64,000 bases of DNA from Veleropilina oligotropha (Eukaryota), in the NCBI GenBank assembly GCA_048128005.1, contig JBEUKZ010000054.1:1364001-1428000 (forward strand). Reading direction: 5' to 3'. Of this stretch, positions 25,601 through 34,676 are shown piece by piece (the first letter of the stretch is position 1; the number at the start of each line of letters is the position of its first letter). The translations under genes and the position numbers were made by a program. The notes under the pieces were generated by a model. That model was not told the origin of the DNA and ran no database searches. It saw nothing but the letters and a program-made list of their open reading frames with translations.

Positions 25601-26207
25601 TAGACGGTTCCCCCACCCCAAGGACCCCCACTCCGCGATCATCTGCGGCCAGACCGGCTGCGGGAAGACCTTGTTTATACTTGAACTTCTCGAGGGGGAG
25701 TACTTAGGAGTGTTCAAGCACATCGTCATTCTATGCCCAACGATCAAGTTCAATCAGGCATACCAGTCATGCCCATGGATCTGGACCGACCCTGAGGTGT
25801 ACTTGATCCCCCCCGGTGAGCGGCTCCATGATTGGTTGCGGGGGTTCTACCGACTGTTCCAGGGAGAATCAACCCTATACATCATCGACGACTGCGCCGC
25901 CAGCAAAGCCCTCGCCAAGAGGAGAGACATGCTGACTGAGCTGGCCTTCAGCGGGAGGCACGCCGCTAAGAGTGTGTGGGTGGTGACGCAGAAGTACAAC
26001 TCGATCCTGAAGGAGTTTCAGGAGCAGACCCGCTGGATCGCGCTGTTTCACTGCAAGAACCGCGACAGTTATGAAGACTGCCTTCGCGAGAACGATGTTA
26101 TCTCATCCTGCGACGAGAGAACCGCAGTGCGCCGGCTGTTGGCCGAGACCCGACATGCTAAGCTTCTGTTAAAGACCGATCAGCCCGTTGCCTATAATGT
26201 GCTGTAG
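25566..26207 (+). CDS. A32/FtsK-like genome packaging ATPase
   Basis: Walker A GQTGCGKT, Walker B YIIDD, SGRH arginine motif and VVTQ. Confidence 0.88.
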   Translation: MKMADLSPRCTSRRFPHPKDPHSAIICGQTGCGKTLFILELLEGEYLGVFKHIVILCPTIKFNQAYQSCPWIWTDPEVYLIPPGERLHDWLRGFYRLFQGESTLYIIDDCAASKALAKRRDMLTELAFSGRHAAKSVWVVTQKYNSILKEFQEQTRWIALFHCKNRDSYEDCLRENDVISSCDERTAVRRLLAETRHAKLLLKTDQPVAYNVL

Positions 26208-26249
26208 CATCTACCAGCTCCTACCTAGCAGCTACTTAGCTAGCTAGGC

Positions 26250-26870
26250 ATGTCGGACGCTGTTTACATAGCTTTTGCTTGCAGCCAGAGCCTGGTATTG
26301 TTGCTACTCGTAACGTTGTGGTATTGGCATTATCGCTATATTAGACTGGCGAGGAGATGTTGGAAACGCTTAAGGATGGACAGCCTTATCGATCAACTCA
26401 TGGACGACGAGGAAGAAACGACCGTGGGCGGCCATGGCTCGACGACCAAACGCTGCTCGCAGCACGAGGAACCTGTCAGTGGCTCCATAGGGATGGCAAA
26501 GAAACGGGAGAGGCTTGCCGCGTTAGCCATCGGAGGGGATGCCAGCAAATACTTGGGGAGAAACCTCACGGTTGACCGAATCGACGATATGACTGACGAC
26601 GAGGTTGAGAAACACCACGCACGGTATGAAGCGAAGCTAGGTGCTGACATGACGAAGACCCTGGGGACTGCCACTATACAGCTGTATGCGGGTGCAGCTG
26701 GGATGTTCTTGCCCATTCCGCCGGAGAACCAACCATGTCTGGTCGCTGACCTCGAGGCCGATCCTTTCATCGCCCATGCTCTCCGCGGTGCAAGCTGTGA
26801 GCTGTATTATAAGTATGGCATGTGGCTAGCGCCGCTGACCGCAGCGTTGACCACTGCGAAGCACTGCTAA
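26250..26870 (+). CDS. Hypothetical protein with a hydrophobic N-terminus
   Basis: 206-aa ORF in a tightly packed co-oriented cluster. Confidence 0.55.
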   Translation: MSDAVYIAFACSQSLVLLLLVTLWYWHYRYIRLARRCWKRLRMDSLIDQLMDDEEETTVGGHGSTTKRCSQHEEPVSGSIGMAKKRERLAALAIGGDASKYLGRNLTVDRIDDMTDDEVEKHHARYEAKLGADMTKTLGTATIQLYAGAAGMFLPIPPENQPCLVADLEADPFIAHALRGASCELYYKYGMWLAPLTAALTTAKHC

Positions 26871-26871
26871 T

Positions 26872-27408
26872 TTGGACATGTTTGCCCACCTAAGATACCA
26901 GAGCGAGGGCGAGATCAAGATGACGGAAGTGGACCAGCCGATAGAGAGGGTGACTTCTTCGACGGACTCATCAGTGAGTAAAAAGGACCCGAAGAAGGTC
27001 GCAGCAGGTCGGGCCGGTGCTGCTGCTTGGAAAGTCAAGCAGGAGAGGCTCCTTGCTGACGTTAGAAGACTCAAAGAAGACGCTCGACAAGTATCCGTCA
27101 GCGAAGTTCCTTCAGACCTACCGGAGGCACAGCCCCCAAAACAACAAAAACACAGTGGTAATACCCCCGCGGCTGAGGTGACTGCGGTCGAAAAGTCCGC
27201 TACACGGAAATCGGACCCAAAATTTAATTGGACCCAGGTAGCCGTTGCTGCCGGTACGGTTGCATTGGTATTTGTTGTCTGGAGACGCAACAACCCTGGT
27301 CCATCCACACCACATCAACAGCCACCAGTCGCGGACGCCAGGCAGCCGGTCCCCACCCCAACCACCACCGAATTGAAGAATGAGCACAACCCGTTCCATA
27401 TGCGATAG
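26872..27408 (+). CDS. Hypothetical protein with a single TM segment
   Basis: Basic KKDPKKVAAGRAGA region, then VAVAAGTVALVFVVW; start uncertain. Confidence 0.55.
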   Translation: MDMFAHLRYQSEGEIKMTEVDQPIERVTSSTDSSVSKKDPKKVAAGRAGAAAWKVKQERLLADVRRLKEDARQVSVSEVPSDLPEAQPPKQQKHSGNTPAAEVTAVEKSATRKSDPKFNWTQVAVAAGTVALVFVVWRRNNPGPSTPHQQPPVADARQPVPTPTTTELKNEHNPFHMR

Positions 27409-27422
27409 TCTCAGTACGAAAC

Positions 27423-27662
27423 ATGACTACCCCGATTACTGACGGAAAGATGCTCGGCAATGCTGTATATCACGCAGCTATAGTGTCAGGCCTTGCCATA
27501 GGCTACGCACGCCTGGGAAAAATGGTATTCAAGGGAGCGAGCCCCAAACTTGACTTCACGGGTTACGACGTCGGGATGGTCGTCCTCGACGTAGCGCTCG
27601 CCATGGCGACGAAGGACATGCTGATCAAGCAAGGCATCATTCCGGCCGATGTTTTGAAGTAG
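27423..27662 (+). CDS. Small hydrophobic protein (79 aa)
   Basis: ATG-initiated with two hydrophobic helices; fills the gap between neighbours. Confidence 0.55.
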   Translation: MTTPITDGKMLGNAVYHAAIVSGLAIGYARLGKMVFKGASPKLDFTGYDVGMVVLDVALAMATKDMLIKQGIIPADVLK

Positions 27663-27669
27663 TGGGACC

Positions 27670-28125
27670 TTGCTATATAATCGCAGCATTTCAATGGCTT
27701 CCATTGCGATGCTGGTTGGGGGCGCTCTCGTCAACGCCCTCGCCTTCAGCGGCTCCAACTTCCTCTTCTCGAAGCTACGCAGCTCCGGTGTTGATGCGGA
27801 GCGTAAACGTCACGACATAGCTGTAGAGCAGCTCAACGCCACTCAGACTAAATGGTCCCAAAAGAGGGCAGAGCGTCTCGACTGGCTGAACGTTGAACTT
27901 CGCCGCCAGGGTCACGCTGTTGGCACATTCCGGGATGTTGACACCGCTATCCGTGAGTATGCATTGATCACCGGCAAGAACCTTGACCCCACCGCCATGG
28001 GAGGTGGCCCTGAGCCCCAGCTGTCCGACTACTACACGCCGAGCGATGACCAAAAGGGACGTGAGATCACCTTCATCATCCTCGGGATGGCTGCGACCGG
28101 GTTGGTAGCCTACAAGCTCGCCTAA
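27670..28125 (+). CDS. Small membrane protein (hydrophobic at both ends)
   Basis: MASIAMLVGGALVNALAF...ITFIILGMAATGLVAYKLA; the 3' part is retained in copy 2. Confidence 0.6.
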   Translation: MLYNRSISMASIAMLVGGALVNALAFSGSNFLFSKLRSSGVDAERKRHDIAVEQLNATQTKWSQKRAERLDWLNVELRRQGHAVGTFRDVDTAIREYALITGKNLDPTAMGGGPEPQLSDYYTPSDDQKGREITFIILGMAATGLVAYKLA

Positions 28126-28170
28126 TTATTTCTATAGTGAACATTTTTTTCGCCGGGGGCATGTGTAATA

Positions 28171-28401
28171 ATGGGGCTCCCAGAAGAGCTGTACTGTGCG
28201 ATGCTTGCGGTCAGCGGGGTGGGCTATAGTACTACGTTACTCGACTGCTGGCGCCGCGACGAAAAGACTATGGTGCGGTTCGCGGTCCTGGTGCTCTCGG
28301 GCCCGACCAACCTACGGGCGACGACTGCGCAGCGACCGGCTCCGGAAGCTGAAGCCTGTTGGAGACTGATCAGTTTACTGGAATACATTGCTGATGGATA
28401 G
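28171..28401 (+). CDS. Hypothetical 76-aa protein
   Basis: Conserved in copy 2 (42351-42572) with an in-frame 6-bp indel. Confidence 0.5.
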   Translation: MGLPEELYCAMLAVSGVGYSTTLLDCWRRDEKTMVRFAVLVLSGPTNLRATTAQRPAPEAEACWRLISLLEYIADG

Positions 28402-29392
28402 TAAGCTTGCGAGGATATACTACAGCCCTAAGGGCTACTGGAAAGGCATTGCCGTGATAAAGAAACTAGCTGAGGCTGCCAAGGCGTCTGAAGTGGAGGC
28501 CCGGACATGGCTTAAGAGGCAGGCTATATGGCAGATCTATTTACCTGCGCCACGGCGGATTCCAAGACCAAAATTCGACGTCGTAACGCCGAACGAGGTT
28601 CACCAAGCCGACCTCCTGTTTCTCCCACATGACAAGGTCGGTCGTAAAACGTACAAGTATGCTTTGACTGTGGTTGATGTTGCCAGTCGCTACAAAGAGG
28701 CTGAGCCTCTGGTCACAAAAGAGGCCAAAGGAGTTGCTGAAGCCCTGTCTCGAATCTACAGGCGGAGTCCTCTTAGCTGGCCGAAATTGCTTCAGGTTGA
28801 TCCAGGGCGAGAGTTTATGGGTACGGTCTCCCAGCTGCTGGCAAAGAATAACGTCGAGGTTAGGCGTGGCCGTGTGGATATCCATCGCGATCAGGGCATT
28901 GTGGAGCGCTTCAACCGGACGCTCGCTGAGCGGCTCTTCGGGCACCAGTACGCAACAGAGATGCGGTTTGCAGAGTCTGCGAAAGAGGGTCAAAGGTCAA
29001 CGGAGTGGGTCGCCCGGTTACCGGCCGTAGTTGCGGCCTTGAATGGGGAAGAGACCAGGCTGACCGGTAAAAAGCCCAAGGACGCCATCAAGGTGCCTCG
29101 CGTTGCCCAAAAGCCCGGCGCCACTGTTCCAGACCGACAGGGGAAGGAACAGAAACTCCCCTCTGACGTAGATGTTCGATACCTATACCAACCCGGTGAG
29201 TTGGAGGGTGGTCGCCGGCGAGCGACTGACCCGGTGTGGTCTTTGACGGTTCACCGGCTTGGACGCTCTGTCACTAAACCTGACGAGCCTGTGCTCTACT
29301 ACTTGCTCGATGGACCACCGCGTGGCTTCGTTCGAGAGGAACTGCTCGTGGTGCCTCGTGATACCCAGCTGCCGCCGGTTCTCAGGCGTTAA
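28388..29392 (+). CDS. Retroviral-type (rve) DDE integrase
   Basis: HQADL, LTVVDVASRY, LQVDPGREF and QGIVERFNRTL. Confidence 0.92.
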   Translation: MLMDSKLARIYYSPKGYWKGIAVIKKLAEAAKASEVEARTWLKRQAIWQIYLPAPRRIPRPKFDVVTPNEVHQADLLFLPHDKVGRKTYKYALTVVDVASRYKEAEPLVTKEAKGVAEALSRIYRRSPLSWPKLLQVDPGREFMGTVSQLLAKNNVEVRRGRVDIHRDQGIVERFNRTLAERLFGHQYATEMRFAESAKEGQRSTEWVARLPAVVAALNGEETRLTGKKPKDAIKVPRVAQKPGATVPDRQGKEQKLPSDVDVRYLYQPGELEGGRRRATDPVWSLTVHRLGRSVTKPDEPVLYYLLDGPPRGFVREELLVVPRDTQLPPVLRR

Positions 29393-32300
29393 CAACTGCA
29401 AATCCTCGTTTTCGGTTACATTCTAGACACGTTAAGCGCACGTTGTCGCGGATGTGGCCCCTGCTGTTGTCCACACGGTCGACACTGAACTGCTGTGTGT
29501 CTTTGGGCTGGTAGGCCCAGAGCAGCTCTATGTTGCATGCTGCGCAGCGGTTGTCAAGGGCTTCTTTAAGCTGCAGGATGTCATCGACCTTGAGGTTAAA
29601 TCCCTGGAGATCCTTGGCCTGGTCCTGGCGTTTGTATGCCACAAGCTTTTTCTGGATGGTCTTTCGAACCTGCTGCTCGGTTTGGGGCGGCCTGTCCTCA
29701 GCACCCTCATCCGGAGGACAGGTTACCCGTTCGAGCTGATGCAGATGCTCCACCCGGGACACGGCTAGGTAGGCGAGATTACTCCACTGAAGGTAGTCAT
29801 CGATGATCCAGACTTTCAGTGGATCGTGAATCGTAAGACCCTGGCTCGAATGGATGGTGAGAGCATAGCCCAGGCGCCAATCCGGGGTCAGGATAGCCCG
29901 CTCAGCGGCCTCAATCGTGACCTCAACGACGTCGTTGAGAACTAGCTCCTGTCTTTCGTCGGTGCCCAGAATGGTTACCATGATGTTTTGCTTACGGGTG
30001 TCCCTGGGGTGGTACAGGATAGGTACCGGGGAGTCTGGGAAGTGCTCCTTGTGCCTCTGGAGCAACAGCTCTTGAGCCCGTTCGCGGACCTTCTGACGGC
30101 TTGTGAGGATTAGGTCGCCTGGCTTCCAGGTGTTGACGAACCGGTCCCATCCAAGGCAGCTGGGGAGCGTCTTATGCATTTCCCCGCACTGGATTTTGTC
30201 GGGCTGGAGACGTATCCGTCTTTTCAGGGCTTGGAGGGCAGGGTCGTCTTTCGCCCTGTAGTCTACTTCGATCTCTTCATAGTAGTCCGCAGTCCTTCGC
30301 AGCCAATCGTGCGGCATCTCGCCCGTAATCGGTGGTGGCTGGCCTTGATCGCCACAGCAGATAACCTGAACTTCGTGGCGGCCCAGCCAGTCCAAGAACA
30401 TCTCGAGGATGTGCCGCGGAACAGTACAGACCTCGTCCCAGATAATGATGCGCGGGATGAACTTCTGACCCATGCGATCAGGTGTCCAGTCGTTCTGGCC
30501 GCTCCATCGGAAGAAGCTGTGGTAGGTCTGGGCTTTGACACCCCTGGTCCGCATTTCTTTAGCAAGGCGGTGGGTTGGCGTGAACACCGTGGGATTTCTC
30601 GCCCGAAAGAGCTCGATCGCTCTCGTAGTCTTGCCACAGCCCCCTCCACCGTTGAGGTAACTCAGGCGATGGTGGGTCAGCGTGTCACTGTAGCATGGCG
30701 CGGTGCTTGGCGGAAAGTCCTTCTCGGACTGCGTGTACTCCGGCTTGGGCAGGTATGCGGCATGTTCCTGTGGCATATACAGCTTTTCGCCCTTGTCACG
30801 CCACTGGGCTGGTGCTACTGGCGGAAGGTACGTCTCCCCAATCAGACAGGAGATGCAAGATTTCTCGCCACAGTCGCAGAGTTGGGGGGCAACGTACACC
30901 GTGACATCGTCGAGCTTCTCCAACGAGGCCTTCTTGAGGTAGATGCTGTCAGTGGCTACCCGGACGCCTTCTGCTGCACTGAAACGCTGGAGCATGCTCA
31001 AGAGGTTTATGTGGGCATAGGCCAACATGCTGGCCCTCAGGTGGGCGTACTGAGGCTGGGAGCCATCATAGTACGTGAGGATGTGCCCCATAGGGCACCT
31101 TTGAGGTGCGCCGACCAGGGTACCGCTTTGGCGGGTGTCTCTTACCAGGAAGTCCAGCTCTCCCTGGTCAATCACCAGTCTACGTGTCAATCGTTTACTG
31201 TCTGCCTTGGCGCCTTGGGTGAATTTGCCGATGATACTGCATCCCTGGTCACGATTCTCAGGAAGCCAGACATCGGTTTGCTTTCTGAACGCGATGATGG
31301 CTTCTCGGATCTTGAGGCTTTTTAGCAGTCCAGATTCTATGAGGAAGGCGAGCAGAGGCGTCGGGGCCCATCCATTCTCTGCAAAGTGCTTTCCGAACCA
31401 GGCGGGAATGACGGGGTGGATGTCTTGTGCGAACTCCCACCCCACGACCTCAGCAAACCCGGTGCCGATATCTTCGGGAAGAGGACCGTTAATTGCGACC
31501 CGGGTCATGCTGTGGAGTGGGTGTCCGAATCTTTCGAAATAGGGCTTAGCCTCGCCCTTCCCCAGAAAGCTGGCAGGGTAGCAGGCTTTCATGTCGATGC
31601 AGCAGATATCTCTCGTGTCATAGCCCATGGAATTCCAGAGACCGCCGTGGCCATGCTCTACGCAGGCCTTCTGGATATCATCGAGCAGGCCCGCTGGGGT
31701 CGGTTTCCAGCCGTTGGTCTCCTTGGCCATAATGCTAGCTGCATGGTTCTCGCCAAAGGCTCGATCGGCAAGAGACTCGTTCCCCAGCGCTGTACAGGCT
31801 TCTTGGAGTCTCTCGTGATCATATTTCGTCCTGTACGTGCGGCCGTCCTGAAGCACGAACTGGTTCACGTTGAGCTGTCGGTCTGTACCGCCAAGGAGCC
31901 AGACAGCTAATGGCTCATTCTGTGTGGCTTGTCGGATAGCTTCCCAGACATCGCCCTCATACAGGTGGACCTCGCGAGACTGCGGAAAGTGTAGGTCCTT
32001 GGACCAGGCGTGGCCGTTGTGACAGATGAGTTCTACGTTTCTGAATGTATGGTTTCCTTGACCACGGTATTTACCACTGTTGTAGATGTCGGCACCTGCG
32101 ATGTCTCTCAAGACAATCGCCCGCTTCAGTATCTTCTCGAGGATGGATATATCATCCACAGTGGCGCCTGTTTCGTGGACTCGCTCTTCCCACTCCTGTA
32201 TTTTTCGTCTTCGTATCGGAGTTAGTCCGTTTCCTCTCATGGCACCTTCAAAGTGCTCAACCACTCTCTGGGCAACGCAGTTGAGATCGCCGTTCTTCAT

Positions 32301-32778
32301 TGGAACCAGGTTGGCGGGGTTTGGCTCTCTGAGAGGGTAGAGGCCATAGACGACTGCAGTGACCGGGTAGGCGTTCTCGTAGTAGACTTTGTCGACCCCA
32401 GTGATAGCACCCGGCTTAGTGTCGTGGGATATCTCAAAGATACCCTGGCCCTTCTTTCTCGCAGCCTTCACCGGGTCAAACTTGTTTTCGACCATCCAGT
32501 CGCCTTCACCCCACGCACGCAAGAACTTGATTCTAAGGACATACTCGCCTTTTGGAAGGGCTGTGAGGAGCTGTGCCGCCCTCGCGTCTGTCATACGGCA
32601 TCCAGCGCTTCGATGCCGTGTTCGATCTTAATGTCCACTTCTACCCTCCATGTGGAGAAGGCCGCTGCGGCGCCATCGACCTCAAACTCGTCTTTGGCGT
32701 CATTCAAGAGTTCCACCCATGGCTCTTTTGCTGGGAGCCTTACTGGGGGAGGGACCTGGTCATCCAGGTCGATGAATC
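29382..32778 (-). CDS. Replicase polyprotein: degenerate family-B polymerase, SF1B helicase and HNH-like domain (5'-truncated; 1-bp deletion near 32597)
   Basis: IDMKACYP, SIIGKF and VATDSIY; GGGGCGKTT, IIWDE, GDQGQ, YALTIHSSQG and YLAVSR; CAAC...SVDRVDNSRGH...NV...CLECN. Confidence 0.8.
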
Positions 32779-34676
32779 TGGGTTTTAATATAAGAAAATA
32801 GTTTTTTCGGTGTCTCTGTAAATTTGGAACTGCCTTGTTCTTGGATTGGAATATCAAAAATCATATTTTCAACGTACTGCCAATAAGCTTGCCGTTGTTC
32901 TTTTTGAATTATACTTTTCAATTTCTTAAGTTGTGGAGTTTTGCGGTTGGTCTGTTTGTTTTTAAGTAATTTTCGACGATATGAGTTCATCTTCTTTCTG
33001 AGGTCATTTGTTATCCATGGAAGTTTATTATCATGTTTGATCAGTTTTGTCGGAATGTTCTTAGTTATTGAAGTTTGTAGATCATTTTTGAAAGTGTTCC
33101 ATAAGGAGTCAACATCTTGAGTAGATTGGGATTGAGAATTAATGTTTTGATGTATTTGTTCTAGATCAGTGTTAATATTTTCCCAGTTTGCCTTTGCATA
33201 TTTTAGGATCTCTCTGGCTTTGGCTTTGCATCTGCGCAGGGACGTTGTGGCTTCTAACTGTAGTATATCGTGATCTGCTTCGCCAATGGGGGGTATTGTT
33301 TCCAGGTTATCTATTATAGCAGGGTAATTTGTGAGCATGAGGTCTAGGGTTTTATCATTTCTAGTTGGTTTATCAACAATTTGTGTTAATGAATGGTCTG
33401 CAATTAGGTCAAGGAGTTCTTGGTGGTGTTTAGCATTTTGTCTGCCAGGGATCACACTTGTCGTTTTCCAGTTGATATTTCCAAGGTTGAAGTTGCCACT
33501 AACTAAAATAATAGATTTTGAGTTAGGGTTTAGCCTGTTCAGTGATTCGTTGAGTTGTTTTAAAGAGGAATCATCATTTGGTTGTGGTCTGTAGAAGGAA
33601 CTGAGTAATAGTTTTCTAGAATTTTGAATTGTTACTTCGACCCATACTATCTCGAAATCTGTTTGTAATTCTTTGGCCTCTGTGCTCTGGTAATCATTTT
33701 TTACTGCAATAAGAACTCCACCATGACTTTGTCCTTTTTTGTTGGGCGGTCTGTCCTTCCTGTAAACAGTAAATTGACTAACCGAGAAGAATTCATATGA
33801 CGAGACAGAAGGATCAAGCCATGTTTCTATACCTATAATGATATCAGGATTTGTTGAGTCAATGAGGAGGTCTAGTTCAGGTTTTTTGTTTTTGATTGAT
33901 TGGAAATTAAGGCTAATAATTTTCAGAGGATGATTTATGTTTTTAGTTTTCAATTTAGATTTTGCATTGTCAGTTCTTGTGTTTGTTGTCAGTTTGGGTG
34001 ACGATGATGCGATCGGATTTCCAGGGCTGTCACAACTGAGAATGGAGAAAGAATTTGTTGATAAGGAGATTGACTGGTTGAAGAACGAGCTTGAAAAGTT
34101 TGGTAGTCCACATTTGAGACAGTGCCAAGACAAGTTACTGTTGTCCATTATGGCATACATAGTGTCTGACATTTGACCCTGGCAATGTAGGTGGTACCAT
34201 GTTTTACAAGAGTCACATTCAAGTGCTTTAGATTTCCAAGTGACTGCTTTTCCGCACGTTCCACAAGGCCATCTTGGGGCTCTGGGACCGGGATTGAGTT
34301 CAACTTGGTTACCAAGGAGAAGTTTGATGAGCAGGTGAAAGTTTCTGTCAGAGGGTGGTAGGATGAGTTTTGTACGAAAGAAGGGCTTCGTATTATGGAA
34401 TAGCCAATAGTAGATGCTGAGATTTTTGTTTTTGTGTAGGAATTCAATATCTGAGAAACGAAGTTGGTAGTTTAATAGAGATGGACAATTATTCGAAAGC
34501 CTGTGGTCGTGTTCTATACTATATTCAAATTTAGTAGTTTTGATAAAGATCACTATGGAGACAATGGTTAGAAGTCTGTACGCAGACACCATTTTCCGGG
34601 CTTTGTTTACAATTTTATAACAACCGGAAGTTGGACAGAGTTTCAATACGTTAACATCACGTAACCGACATTGCAT
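32779..34676 (-). mobile_element. LINE 5' portion (PHD finger plus AP endonuclease), truncated before RT
   Basis: CGTC...ECDSC..WYH..C...WHCLKC; SLNFQS, ETWL, GGVL, LDL and DHD; the ORF runs straight into viral sequence. Confidence 0.8.

Larger units (their letters stand above)
18702..32778. mobile_element. Endogenous Polinton-like virus, copy 1 (left TIR present, right arm lost)
   Basis: Starts AGCAGCAGGGGGGG, like the copy-2 termini; GC-rich, gene-dense and intronless; has capsid-like, ATPase, integrase and replicase ORFs; homology to copy 2 stops at ~32778. Confidence 0.88.

Noticed and set aside
28388..29392. LTR retrotransposon or autonomous Ginger as the source of the integrase
   Set aside because: There is no gag, RT or LTR; the termini are AG...CT and the gene is embedded in a viral gene set.
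30174..31325. 383-aa plus-strand ORF and similar overlapping ORFs
   Set aside because: These are antisense shadows of the GC-rich replicase, have no motifs and are broken in copy 2.
29382..32594. Helitron RepHel assignment for the helicase ORF
   Set aside because: No HUH Rep motifs are seen, and the element has TIRs, a TSD, an integrase and capsid-like genes.
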